Shown piece after piece: positions 30,167 to 39,376 of a DNA stretch of 64,000 nt; within the stretch, counting starts at the first letter, position 1, and each line of letters begins with the position of its first letter. Source of the stretch: a virus. Position numbers and translations under genes: made by a program. The notes under the pieces are model-generated. The model did not search any database. It was given only the letters and a program-made list of their open reading frames with translations, and was not told where the DNA came from. The stretch lies in the IMG/VR virus record IMGVR_UViG_3300035142_000030, positions 1 to 64,000 of that record. One strand, given 5' to 3'.

Positions 30167-30876
30167 AAATACTAACAAAACTACTAAACGTTTTGGCAAT
30201 GATCTTTGTGGTAATCGGCATCTATTCGACTATCATGTATTTTATATCCATAAAACCATTAAAAGAAAAACACAGTGAACTTGTGCAAAAGAAGCACAGG
30301 TTGGATAGTATAATTCAAAATAATGACAAAACAATAAATATTTTAAGGGATTCTATAGAAGTAAAAGAAGCAGAAATAAGATATTCAGAAGAGAGGATAG
30401 GAGAATTAGAAACAGACATCTATAATCTAAAGAAGAAACATAAAGAAAAACTACAAGAGTTAGAGGATTACACTTTAGAACAAGTTTTAGATTATATTTT
30501 AGATTATTATGATACAGATAGTACAGAAGCATGTATCAGAACCACAGATAAAGGTATTGAGATCGTCATACAACCACGTTTAGTGTATGAGTGGACATAT
30601 ACTATAGAAAAACTAGAAAGTACCTCAAATGAACTTATATTAACCAAAAATAAAGCATCAGAATATTCTATATTAACAGAAGACCTAAAAGATAAGATTA
30701 ATTTACTAGAAGGAAGGGATAGTGTGATGGTTAATTCGTTGGAAACGGCACAAGAAAAGAATGGAGTTCTTCAACAGTTGATTGAAAATAGAGATAAACG
30801 CATCAAACAAATCAAAACACAACGTAATATAGTTGCAGGAGTAGCAGTGATAATAATAGTAATTTCTTTAATATAG
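30163..30876 (+). CDS. Spanin-like coiled-coil protein with TM segments at both ends
   Basis: N-terminal TM, long coiled coil, C-terminal hydrophobic tail; last lysis-cluster gene. Confidence 0.5.
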   Translation: MKILTKLLNVLAMIFVVIGIYSTIMYFISIKPLKEKHSELVQKKHRLDSIIQNNDKTINILRDSIEVKEAEIRYSEERIGELETDIYNLKKKHKEKLQELEDYTLEQVLDYILDYYDTDSTEACIRTTDKGIEIVIQPRLVYEWTYTIEKLESTSNELILTKNKASEYSILTEDLKDKINLLEGRDSVMVNSLETAQEKNGVLQQLIENRDKRIKQIKTQRNIVAGVAVIIIVISLI

Positions 30877-30899
30877 TTTCTTTTTCATGATTAGTTTTG

Positions 30900-30933
30900 G
30901 CGTCTGGCTTTTAGGAGTCAGACGTTTTTTTTT
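30900..30933 (+). terminator. Rho-independent terminator ending the late operon
   Basis: GCGTCTGGCTT-TTAG-GAGTCAGACGT plus T run. Confidence 0.85.
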
Positions 30934-30978
30934 ATGAATAAATGTTAATAAATACTTGTTTATGTCAAAATTTAGTTG

Positions 30979-30986
30979 TATTTTTG
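30979..30986 (+). promoter_or_regulatory. -7 promoter element upstream of cassette array 1
   Basis: TATTTTTG, with CTTG about 20 nt upstream. Confidence 0.5.
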
Positions 30987-31026
30987 GATAAAATTAATAG
31001 GTAAAAATTATGAAAGATGAAATTTT

Positions 31027-31155
31027 ATACAACGTTAAGCTTATGATACGTTGCGTTTAATAACATAACTTTTTGATAAAAATAAAAATTATATAAAATG
31101 AATATACTTAACAAATTAGCAAAATGTAAGCAATGGATTATACGCATTGTTAGCA
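31027..31155. repeat. attC-like site; its loop contains the start of the 31098 gene
   Basis: ATACAAC...TATGATACGTTGC / GCAATGGATTATA...GTTAGCA; homologous to the site at 51269-51398. Confidence 0.7.
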
Positions 31156-31478
31156 GTAGTTTATCTGGGAGGGTTTTTTATGATAATGGTAAAAAATATA
31201 TTATTCCTAAACACGTTTGGTTTAGCACAACTTTTAAAAAATATGGGAATGTACATAAAGCAAAGTTTGTTATCAACAAATACTCAAAGTCAGAACCAAA
31301 ACGAAGAATATGTAAATACATAGATGTTACAACTGGAACATATTTTTGTTTTGTAACCGCAAAAAGCAAAATAGAAGCACAAAAATTATTTTATAAGCAA
31401 TTGTGCGAATCAGGTGTTATTTTAAATGAAGAAGAAGAATGGAATCAATTTTTTTTCGGGCATGAACAAAGCGAATAA
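31098..31478 (+). CDS. Hypothetical cassette-type protein
   Basis: N-terminus KQWIIRIVSSS is encoded by the attC arm. Confidence 0.6.
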   Translation: MNILNKLAKCKQWIIRIVSSSLSGRVFYDNGKKYIIPKHVWFSTTFKKYGNVHKAKFVINKYSKSEPKRRICKYIDVTTGTYFCFVTAKSKIEAQKLFYKQLCESGVILNEEEEWNQFFFGHEQSE

Positions 31479-31489
31479 AATTTGACATT

Positions 31490-31762
31490 ATGGATATAGT
31501 AGAACATGCCATTAATAGAATTGAGTTTAATGAACACAAAATAAATGAATCTTTAAAAGAATTAAAAGAACTTAAAGATAATTTAATTGTAAAATATAAA
31601 CATCCTGAAATTGATATTAAGAGATTACTTCAAGATGAAAAATATAGATACATTATAGCACTTAAATTATCGAAAAATAATGTAGAAACTGCTAAATTAT
31701 TAGGAACTACTGAAAGAACATTTTATAGAAAAATGAATGAATTTAATTTACATAACCAATAA
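31490..31762 (+). CDS. Fis-type HTH protein
   Basis: C-terminal ALKLSKNNVETAKLLGTTERTFYRKM matches HTH_8. Confidence 0.75.
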   Translation: MDIVEHAINRIEFNEHKINESLKELKELKDNLIVKYKHPEIDIKRLLQDEKYRYIIALKLSKNNVETAKLLGTTERTFYRKMNEFNLHNQ

Positions 31763-31774
31763 AAATTAGAAATT

Positions 31775-31984
31775 ATGAGACAAGAAGTAAAATTTAGAGC
31801 ACCAATTAAAGTAATTGAAAGCGACAACTATTATTTGGTAATAGAGGATGCCGTTGGAGTTACGCATTATTTTCACAAAGAACATGATAATAAGTATGGA
31901 AAATTTAAACAAGGCGAATATGATGGATGGAGTAAACAAATTCGTAGTTTAAATGATAATACGAAAAAATGTTGTGGATTTTAA
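31775..31984 (+). CDS. Hypothetical protein
   Basis: 69 aa, AAATTATG start. Confidence 0.55.
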   Translation: MRQEVKFRAPIKVIESDNYYLVIEDAVGVTHYFHKEHDNKYGKFKQGEYDGWSKQIRSLNDNTKKCCGF

Positions 31985-32078
31985 TGTCCCGTTTAGAGGT
32001 ATATCCCGAAATAAAAAAAAAACTCGTAGAGTTTTGGGGGTACGGGATGGGTTGTGGGAATACCGAGCAAGCAATGGT

Positions 32079-32151
32079 TTATAACACAGCGGGATTTATG
32101 GGACGGTTTGGGGCTTTTGCCCCAAAATGGACTATGAAATCACAGTTAGGC
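32079..32151. repeat. attC-like site B
   Basis: TTATAAC...GATTTATGG / CTATGAAATC (extrahelical G)...GTTAGGC with an internal TTTGGGGC-TTTT-GCCCCAAA hairpin. Confidence 0.75.
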
Positions 32152-32166
32152 ATAAAATTTTTTGAT

Positions 32167-32367
32167 ATGGAATTTATAGTAGAATTAGAAGAAGGTGTTT
32201 ATTTGGCTACTTGGTCTGGCGACCCTGGGCGAACACTAAAGATTGAAAACGCACAAGTATTTGTCCGCGATAAAGATGCTGATAATGCTCTTGTTAGAGC
32301 CAGATATTATAGACCATTTAAGTATGCCAAAGTGCGAAGGCAAAAGGAAGGGTTGCGAAGCAGCTAA
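32167..32367 (+). CDS. Cassette gene, hypothetical (MEFIVELEEGVYLATWSGDPG...)
   Basis: Start re-called downstream of site B; lies in a body with 13-bp complementary ends. Confidence 0.65.
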   Translation: MEFIVELEEGVYLATWSGDPGRTLKIENAQVFVRDKDADNALVRARYYRPFKYAKVRRQKEGLRSS

Positions 32368-32386
32368 GGATGGGGGGGATTTTTAT

Positions 32387-32479
32387 GCCTAACGGTTTGG
32401 CTATGTTTAGTAGCCTAACCACTAACTTTGAAATATTTACTAAATTTGCATAGGCTATTAAATATAGCTTTTGTTATAA
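32387..32479. repeat. attC-like site C
   Basis: GCCTAAC...GCTATGTTTAGTAGCCTA / TAGGCTATTAAATATAGC...GTTATAA; 18-bp stem with two G-T pairs on the + strand. Confidence 0.8.
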
Positions 32480-32483
32480 ACTT

Positions 32484-32638
32484 TTAAGGGGGCTTCTTCG
32501 GAAGTATCAGCAGAAGGGGAACTTCGATAGCACAGTTGGTATGAGGCAACGACTTCAAACATCGTATATCGTAGGTTCGATTCCTACCGAATGACTTAAA
32601 ACGAGGCGTTACTGCACGCCTACCCTCTGCCCCCTTAA
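32484..32638 (+). ncRNA. Structured RNA with an embedded degenerate tRNA domain
   Basis: Terminal 10-bp stem TTAAGGGGGC/GCCCCCTTAA, C(UUCG)G hairpin, D-loop AGTTGGTA, anticodon arm ACGA..TCGT, T arm GTAGG-TTCGATT-CCTAC, extra AGGCGT/ACGCCT hairpin. Confidence 0.6.
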
Positions 32639-32745
32639 TTGTTTTATAACTATTAAATAAACACACCTGCATTAAAACTATTATATTTAATATAAATTTT
32701 AATATAAAAATCAAGAATTACCATAAAATTAGGGGAAATTTTTAT

Positions 32746-32753
32746 TATATTTG
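32746..32753 (+). promoter_or_regulatory. -7 promoter element TATATTTG
   Basis: TAnnTTTG four nt before the 32758 ATG (near-leaderless transcript possible). Confidence 0.45.
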
Positions 32754-32757
32754 TATT

Positions 32758-33111
32758 ATGAAAACACTAATATTATTTCTATTATTATTTCCTATCTATT
32801 CTTATTCGCAACAGGTAGGAGAAAAACTAACCCAAAAAGAATCATTAGCTCTTGTAGAAAAAGATCATTGTAACAAGTACTATTATACCTCAGAAGATAG
32901 TATCATTACTATTAGGACAAGAAAGTCAGATGATCTTATATGGGATATAGACTATCAAGTAAAGAGGACAAGTAAACTTTCATGGGTAACACAATACACT
33001 CAAATAGGAAGAAACGTATTCTATGATGAAGGAGATTATTATTTTGTATTTATTATAGGAGAATATTATTTAATACAGATTAGGAATGCGGAGAAAGTGT
33101 CGTCCTTATAA
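32758..33111 (+). CDS. Secreted hypothetical protein
   Basis: Bacteroidota-type signal peptide ending SYS-Q. Confidence 0.55.
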   Translation: MKTLILFLLLFPIYSYSQQVGEKLTQKESLALVEKDHCNKYYYTSEDSIITIRTRKSDDLIWDIDYQVKRTSKLSWVTQYTQIGRNVFYDEGDYYFVFIIGEYYLIQIRNAEKVSSL

Positions 33112-33775
33112 TTATGTTAATGTACATGAAATTATTAAAAGTGATAAGGTTTATGTGCCTAAGTTGAAATGGAAATTTGAATATGAAAGCTATTTTTTAA
33201 GTGGTGATAGGCAGCAAATATTGGATGCTATGTTTCAGCCCAAAAGTAAGGTTGTAAGAACAAATACAAGTTTTATCAGGAAGTTGGTTATAGAGATAGG
33301 GATTCAGGAGTTAAAGATTCGTAAGATAGTAGAAGGTAAAACAGCTAAAGGGTATCCTAAGATTATAGTATCTTGGCATAAACATCCTGGAAAGTATATG
33401 ATAGATGGGGAGGAGTTTAATAATTCTAGCGCTAGCAATAAGGACAACATTTATGATACTATAGACTGTTTGCATTTAGTACAAGATAAAGATAGAGCTT
33501 CTTTTGCAAAATATTGGTTTAGACCATTTACTAATTCATTTTCAAGGGAAACATTATTAAGAATCCCTAAGGGAAGGAAGTTTAAATGTATAGTTGCTCA
33601 TGTAGAAGAAGCTTTTAAGGAAAGAGACAAGCAGATGTATTACAAACAAGGGAACAGAATAGGGCAGCCAATAGTATTATTAAAGCCAGAGATAGTTAAG
33701 GTTTATCCATTAGAAACTCCCAATAAGGATATAAAAATAGATTATTTTAAATTATATAAACCTATAAAATTATAA
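33086..33775 (+). CDS. Hypothetical protein
   Basis: 229 aa basic ORF in the operon. Confidence 0.55.
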   Translation: MRRKCRPYNYVNVHEIIKSDKVYVPKLKWKFEYESYFLSGDRQQILDAMFQPKSKVVRTNTSFIRKLVIEIGIQELKIRKIVEGKTAKGYPKIIVSWHKHPGKYMIDGEEFNNSSASNKDNIYDTIDCLHLVQDKDRASFAKYWFRPFTNSFSRETLLRIPKGRKFKCIVAHVEEAFKERDKQMYYKQGNRIGQPIVLLKPEIVKVYPLETPNKDIKIDYFKLYKPIKL

Positions 33776-33778
33776 AAC

Positions 33779-34120
33779 ATGGAACAAATAATAGAGTATG
33801 AAGCTTTAGAAAGGAAAACAATATCTCGTGTTGTATGGTTAGACATGGATAGAGTGTTTTTTATTTTTAACGATGATTCTTTTTGTATTATTAAAGGAAG
33901 CGGGTGGGAAGAACCATATGCTGAAATAGATACAAATGAATATAATTTAGAACCTTACGAATGGAACTATAATGATTTATATAAATTAGGATTCATATCG
34001 AAAGAAGAATATAAGAAAATAGCTAATAATGCTAAGGATATGCACAGAAAGAGAATAGAAGAAGCAGATTTAGAAAAAATAAACATACTAAAACAAAAAT
34101 ACCCACAATATTTTAAATAA
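33779..34120 (+). CDS. Hypothetical protein
   Basis: 113 aa. Confidence 0.55.
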   Translation: MEQIIEYEALERKTISRVVWLDMDRVFFIFNDDSFCIIKGSGWEEPYAEIDTNEYNLEPYEWNYNDLYKLGFISKEEYKKIANNAKDMHRKRIEEADLEKINILKQKYPQYFK

Positions 34121-34121
34121 C

Positions 34122-35405
34122 ATGGATACACAATTTTTTACAATAGATGAAATATCAGCCAAAAACTTTAAAGGGCTTAAAGATTTTAAAGCTGACCTAA
34201 ATAATGTTTCTGTAATATTATCAGGATCAGAAGGAGTAGGCAAGTCTAATATCTATCATTTGGTTGAAGGATTAAGAAAATTTAAAGGAGCTAAAATTAC
34301 TAAAGGGGAAAAAGAAGGTAGTGGAGAGATCAGCATAAGTAAAGGGGACACTAACTATCGATTCTGCTTTAGTTTTACAGAGGACAATAAACATAAACTA
34401 ACAACATATGTAGATGGAGAAGCTAAACCGATAACAAAAGCAAGGCAAGCTTATATTTTAGAACAACTATTAGCTCCAACATTTGATATTGATGCCTTAT
34501 TAAACTCTTCAGGACAGAAACAAGCAGAAATGGTAAAAGAGGCTTTACGGATAGATACTGTAAAAGAAGAGGCATACTACCAACAGAAGTTTGAAGAAAG
34601 AAGAGATTTAAAAAGGGATTTATCTAAAAATCCTAAACCAGAAGAAGTGCCGGAAGCTAAAGAGGTAGACATAAATGATCTTTTAAAGCAGAAAAAGGCG
34701 ATAGAAGAATTTAATGCTGAACAAGACGCTAAACAAAAGATTATAGATTTCTATTTATCTATGAGTAAGAAGTTAGATAAACAGATTACCGATCCTGGTT
34801 CAGATGCTTACCTTAAACATATAGCTACCTCTAAAAACATGCATAAAGATATTATTAAGTTTATCACAGAAAACATTTTCAAGTTAGATCAACCTAAAAA
34901 ACATAAAACGCTTGAAGATGTAAATAGAAGCCTTGAGGGTGCGCAAAAGACTAACGAGAACGCTTTAGCTTATAAAAAATATTTGAGCTCTATAAAGGCT
35001 TTTAATGAGCTTAAAATAAAAGTTGATAAAGCAGAAGATGAAGTAAAGGAGGCTAGAGAAAGATTGTTAAACAAGATGAAGCAAGTGGACATTCCTGTGG
35101 ACGGGCTTGAACTAGATATGCAGATGTCAGATAGTGGAAAGATAAGCACTACATTAACTTATAATGGGCTAGAGATGAACGATGCTAATATTAATACGAG
35201 TAAAAAATACGCCATTGCAGCTTACTTACAAATGAATTTATTTAAAGAAGGGAATCTAGGAGTATTCCATGTTAATTCTTCATTTATGAGTAATTCTACA
35301 TTGCAAGATATAGCAAGGGAGTGTAGAAGATTAAATTTACAATGTCTTTTTGAGATAACTAGTAGAAAAGCTAATGAACCACTTAAAGTTGAATCTATTT
35401 TATAA
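34122..35405 (+). CDS. SMC/SbcC/RecN-like P-loop ATPase
   Basis: ISAKNFKGLKD, Walker A GSEGVGKS, central coiled coil. Confidence 0.75.
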   Translation: MDTQFFTIDEISAKNFKGLKDFKADLNNVSVILSGSEGVGKSNIYHLVEGLRKFKGAKITKGEKEGSGEISISKGDTNYRFCFSFTEDNKHKLTTYVDGEAKPITKARQAYILEQLLAPTFDIDALLNSSGQKQAEMVKEALRIDTVKEEAYYQQKFEERRDLKRDLSKNPKPEEVPEAKEVDINDLLKQKKAIEEFNAEQDAKQKIIDFYLSMSKKLDKQITDPGSDAYLKHIATSKNMHKDIIKFITENIFKLDQPKKHKTLEDVNRSLEGAQKTNENALAYKKYLSSIKAFNELKIKVDKAEDEVKEARERLLNKMKQVDIPVDGLELDMQMSDSGKISTTLTYNGLEMNDANINTSKKYAIAAYLQMNLFKEGNLGVFHVNSSFMSNSTLQDIARECRRLNLQCLFEITSRKANEPLKVESIL

Positions 35406-35417
35406 AACAATTGCTAA

Positions 35418-35618
35418 ATGAGAATAAATAAGTGTAAACTATTTGGTCATAAATGGATTCCTGTATTTATTAAAGGAGAATATAATGGAAAAACCATTAA
35501 ATTTATTGCTTGCTTTTGTGATAGATGCAGGAAAGGATATAATGAGGCACATGATATTAATAAGGCAGCAATAAATAGAGAATATGGAACTTATAGTGAG
35601 AAATATTTTAAGGATTAA
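35418..35618 (+). CDS. DUF1660-like small protein
   Basis: CKLFGHKW...CDRC motif. Confidence 0.55.
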   Translation: MRINKCKLFGHKWIPVFIKGEYNGKTIKFIACFCDRCRKGYNEAHDINKAAINREYGTYSEKYFKD

Positions 35619-35621
35619 GTA

Positions 35622-35891
35622 ATGACCCAACAAAAGAAAACATTTCTAATTAAATATACGGCTTTTGACAAGAAAGGGAAGGTTCTTAAAGCTAATGGTG
35701 AAATGAAGGTCAAGAATAAGGTTAGTAAATTTGAAGCTCAATGTAGCTTTGAAGAACATCTTAAAAAGAAGTATAATGATTTTGGAAGACTTGTGATTCA
35801 TGGTTGCACTGAAGATATTGTGAGTAATATGTTTGGCGATATCGATTCGAATGCAATGGATATTTTCAATAAAATGTTTGGAGGATTATGA
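35622..35891 (+). CDS. Hypothetical protein
   Basis: 89 aa. Confidence 0.55.
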   Translation: MTQQKKTFLIKYTAFDKKGKVLKANGEMKVKNKVSKFEAQCSFEEHLKKKYNDFGRLVIHGCTEDIVSNMFGDIDSNAMDIFNKMFGGL

Positions 35892-36035
35892 AATGATACT
35901 ACTATGGATATTATTTATATTAATCATTGTTTACTATATCTTTAAACCAGATATAGATATAACAAGAGAGAAGGATGTAATTCTCTATTATAATTGGTAT
36001 AATACCAGAAAGTACATAATAGTGTTTAGATTGTA

Positions 36036-36446
36036 ATGGAGCTAAAAATATACGACGAACAGTGTAAATTAGATTTGTATAATGAACTAAAACGTAGGCG
36101 GCTGCCCTATAAGGTTAAAATAGCTCCTATATTTCAGAATAGAACTCCTACACAAAATAAATATTACTGGAGTGTTGTGGTTAGGGGGCTTTCAGAAGAA
36201 CTTGGGTACTATCCACATGAGATACACCAACTACTGTTAAGTATGTTTGCTATGTTAGAAGAAAAAATAGATGAATATGGGAAAGCATACATAGTAGTTG
36301 AAAGTACAGCAAACATGGATAGCGTAAGAATGGAAATCTACTTAGATGACATTAGAAACTTCTTTTTGGCTGACTTTAATATTTACATACCAATGCCAGG
36401 AGAAGTTATTATAGAAGAAGTAACAGAGAAAATAATATATAAATAA
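36036..36446 (+). CDS. NinB/YbcN-like recombination-associated protein
   Basis: RTPTQNKYYW...LG...EIH...STANM motifs. Confidence 0.7.
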   Translation: MELKIYDEQCKLDLYNELKRRRLPYKVKIAPIFQNRTPTQNKYYWSVVVRGLSEELGYYPHEIHQLLLSMFAMLEEKIDEYGKAYIVVESTANMDSVRMEIYLDDIRNFFLADFNIYIPMPGEVIIEEVTEKIIYK

Positions 36447-36448
36447 TT

Positions 36449-36922
36449 ATGGAAAACAGAAAATCTAAAACAAAAGAAAGAAAGTTTTATAAGGAAAGCG
36501 AATATAACGGAAGATCACAATTTACTTTCTTAATAAAATTTGAAGGTGATGACAAACAATATGTTTATAATTCATCTGTGAAAGAACCTAAATATTTTAA
36601 AGAGGGGGAGGAACAAGAATATACCTATGAACATAAGACAGGAACAAAAAAAGATGGCACATCATGGGAGATGCATGTAGTAAAGCCCGTATACCCTAAA
36701 CCTAATTTTGGAGGAAAAGGAGGATTCCAGCAGATGACTATTGAGGATTACATTCAAAGACAGAAAGTAGATTCTGTAGGATATGCTATGAGCTATGCAG
36801 AGAAGTTAGCAGAAGCTAAAGCAATAGAAATAAATAATCTATCGGAATACGCTAAGATAGTCCTTAACTGGATGTTAGCAGAAATAGATGAAGTAGCTAA
36901 AACTTTTAAAGAAAACGAATAA
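36449..36922 (+). CDS. Putative ssDNA-binding (OB-fold) protein
   Basis: Beta-rich N-terminus, GGKGGF linker, located in the recombination cluster. Confidence 0.4.
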   Translation: MENRKSKTKERKFYKESEYNGRSQFTFLIKFEGDDKQYVYNSSVKEPKYFKEGEEQEYTYEHKTGTKKDGTSWEMHVVKPVYPKPNFGGKGGFQQMTIEDYIQRQKVDSVGYAMSYAEKLAEAKAIEINNLSEYAKIVLNWMLAEIDEVAKTFKENE

Positions 36923-37590
36923 TGGAAGATTACACAGAACAAAGATTAATAAATGTCCTTACTTTGGATATTGAAACGCTGCCATCGGGTAATCGCTTGA
37001 CAGTTGATGAAATGAGAGAGAACGCCCCCAAAAACTATAAGAAAGAAGACACCATAGTTAAATGGTGTGAGGAAAATATAGAAAATGAATATAGAGGTAG
37101 ATCGTTAGATAGTTTAAAAGGGCGCATTTTATGTATTGGAATGAAATATAATGACGAAGAACCTATCATTATTCCTTATTATAAAGATGAGAGAGACTTA
37201 ATGGATGATTTTACAGAGAAGCTTAACTCAATAGGTAAAGAAATCTATTCATGCGCTATTATGGGACATAACATTCGCAAATTTGATCTTCCTTGGCTTA
37301 TACAGAGAGGTTTTAAATATGGTTTAAAAGATATTATAAGATTACTTCCTACAGATAAGTTTGATAAAAGATTAGTAGATACTAATGAATTGTTTAATGT
37401 GGGAGTGTATGCTCATTATACGAAATTAAAAGATATGTGTATGTTCTTGGGGGTAGATACTCCGAAAGATGATATTGACGGCTCAGAAGTATATGATGTG
37501 TTTATGAAAGGAGAATTAGACAGAATCTATACTTACTGCAAAAAAGATGTAGTTGCTACTTATGAATGCTATCAAAAGATGTTACCATAA
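36922..37590 (+). CDS. DEDD 3'-5' exonuclease (PolB exonuclease-like)
   Basis: LDIETLP (ExoI), GHNIRKFDLP (ExoII), YCKKDV (ExoIII). Confidence 0.88.
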   Translation: MEDYTEQRLINVLTLDIETLPSGNRLTVDEMRENAPKNYKKEDTIVKWCEENIENEYRGRSLDSLKGRILCIGMKYNDEEPIIIPYYKDERDLMDDFTEKLNSIGKEIYSCAIMGHNIRKFDLPWLIQRGFKYGLKDIIRLLPTDKFDKRLVDTNELFNVGVYAHYTKLKDMCMFLGVDTPKDDIDGSEVYDVFMKGELDRIYTYCKKDVVATYECYQKMLP

Positions 37591-37789
37591 TGAATATACA
37601 CTACAAAAAGGGAAAGCGTGCCAAAGAGTTATTAAATATATATAAGAATCCTTATAGACAAAATACTTATGAACACGAACAATGGAAGAAAGGATTTGAT
37701 GAGGGCATACATGAACCTATAGATTATGAAGTAGAGATTCCTGATTGTGATGATGTATTAATTGAATATGAACCCTTAAATATAGATAA

Positions 37790-38077
37790 ATGACAGAACA
37801 GCTATATAGGAAGAAAGGACGTAGATATGTACCAATAGGATATTCGGATGGCTTTAATGGCTTTCCTAGTGATGGATTTTGGTTAGTTCAGCAACGAGAT
37901 GGGGTTAAGTCTTCAGAATGCATTATTAAGATAGATGATTTAGAAAACTTAAAACCTGCTGCTAATTTTATATATGCATATAAGGATAGAATAGTCGACT
38001 TTATGTTGAAAAATGAGGTAAGTAGCAACAGTCTTAATCAATATGTTTTACAAATGATAAAGAATATTACAAAATGA
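37790..38077 (+). CDS. Hypothetical protein
   Basis: 95 aa, LYRKKGRRYVP motif. Confidence 0.55.
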   Translation: MTEQLYRKKGRRYVPIGYSDGFNGFPSDGFWLVQQRDGVKSSECIIKIDDLENLKPAANFIYAYKDRIVDFMLKNEVSSNSLNQYVLQMIKNITK

Positions 38078-38373
38078 GTATGGGAAAAATATTTAATATT
38101 AACGATGATTATAGAATAACATCAGATAAATATCAGTATATCGTACAGAAACGATTCATTATTGATAAAGAAGGATCAAAGAATCATGGACAAGTGGACT
38201 GGCGTAATGAAGTTTACTTACCTAAAATAGAAGATGTATTAGAATATTTTATGGATTTAGGAATTAAAGACCACATAGAGCACATCCATATGATTAATGA
38301 ATATTTTAAAGATATGAGTGGTAAGTTTAAAGAGTTCTTAGATGCTTATAAAGATAGGAAGGGAAGGAAATGA
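38074..38373 (+). CDS. DUF5405-like protein
   Basis: YRITSDKYQYIVQK motif. Confidence 0.5.
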   Translation: MSMGKIFNINDDYRITSDKYQYIVQKRFIIDKEGSKNHGQVDWRNEVYLPKIEDVLEYFMDLGIKDHIEHIHMINEYFKDMSGKFKEFLDAYKDRKGRK

Positions 38374-38882
38374 TAAAAATAGGAATCGATCCAGGAAAGA
38401 ATGGATTTATATGCATAATGGACGATATATCTGATATTGGATATATAGAGTGTAGATACTATCCTATTCCAGTTATTGGCAAGGAAATAGACTTAAAGGG
38501 ATTAAATATTATATTTGAGAACCCTAAATTGAAAATGGGAAATATACATTGCGTAATAGAAGATGTACATGCTATATTTGGTTCATCAGCTAAAGCTACA
38601 TTTAGCTTTGGATGGATAGTAGGAGTATTAGAAGCTATGTTAGTGGCACATCAAATTTCTTATACTAAAGTTAAACCTAAAGATTGGCAAAAAGTAATGT
38701 GGGAAGGTATACCTAAACAAAAGAAACCTAATGGCAGAACAGACACTAAAGCTATGAGCTTATTAGCTGCAAAGAGATTGTTCCCTAATGAGGATTTAAC
38801 AGCTACAGAAAGATCAATTAAACCTCACGATGGAAAAATAGATGCTTTATTGTTAGCTGAATATTGTAGGAGGAAATTCTAA
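38370..38882 (+). CDS. ruvC: RuvC-like Holliday junction resolvase
   Basis: IGIDPGKNG, VIEDVH, TFSFG, P..WQK, DGKIDALLLAEY. Confidence 0.88.
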   Translation: MIKIGIDPGKNGFICIMDDISDIGYIECRYYPIPVIGKEIDLKGLNIIFENPKLKMGNIHCVIEDVHAIFGSSAKATFSFGWIVGVLEAMLVAHQISYTKVKPKDWQKVMWEGIPKQKKPNGRTDTKAMSLLAAKRLFPNEDLTATERSIKPHDGKIDALLLAEYCRRKF

Positions 38883-39376
38883 TGCCCAAACAATGTAAAT
38901 ATCCTGGATGTACAAATATTCCTTTCAGCAACACGCATGGATATTGCCTGTTTCACATGCCTAGAGCTCGTATAAAGAAAAAAAACATTTCTAAAGGGGA
39001 AAGTATTACAAAAAAGAGAAAGTCGATAAAAAACGCTTATTTTGGCTTTAAAACGCAAATGGAAATGTTTGACTATATATGGAACACAAGACCACACATT
39101 TGTTGGATGACACGAAGGCAATTAAAATATGGCAAAGGAGATAGTAAATGGAAAAATCAGTTTGCACATGGTCTTCGTAAAGGAACTTACACATATTTTA
39201 AGTTGAATCCTGACAACATAAAACTACTTGATCCAATAATACATGATCTTGTAGATAATTTTAAAGAGGAATATAGACAACAACTTCCACATATAGATTT
39301 TGATAAATGGTTTAGTTACCAAGCAGAAATGAAAATTAAATACAAAGATTTTAAAGATAAAAATTTATTGGCATGA
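38882..39376 (+). CDS. Zn-finger/NinG- or HNH-like nuclease
   Basis: CKYPGC...YCLFH zinc finger; FAH...NI.LL...H. Confidence 0.5.
   Translation: MPKQCKYPGCTNIPFSNTHGYCLFHMPRARIKKKNISKGESITKKRKSIKNAYFGFKTQMEMFDYIWNTRPHICWMTRRQLKYGKGDSKWKNQFAHGLRKGTYTYFKLNPDNIKLLDPIIHDLVDNFKEEYRQQLPHIDFDKWFSYQAEMKIKYKDFKDKNLLA

Noticed and set aside
31969-32166. N-terminal part of track ORF 31969..32367
   Set aside because: It translates spacer and attC sequence; a better start is at 32167
32521-32595. Functional opal-suppressor tRNA and stop-codon recoding as in some crAss-like phages
   Set aside because: Acceptor stem is broken and CCA is absent; long genes are intact under code 11 and end in TGA (terL) or TAG (capsid)
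32484-32714. 76-aa minus-strand ORF
   Set aside because: Overlaps the structured RNA on the opposite strand in a plus-strand region
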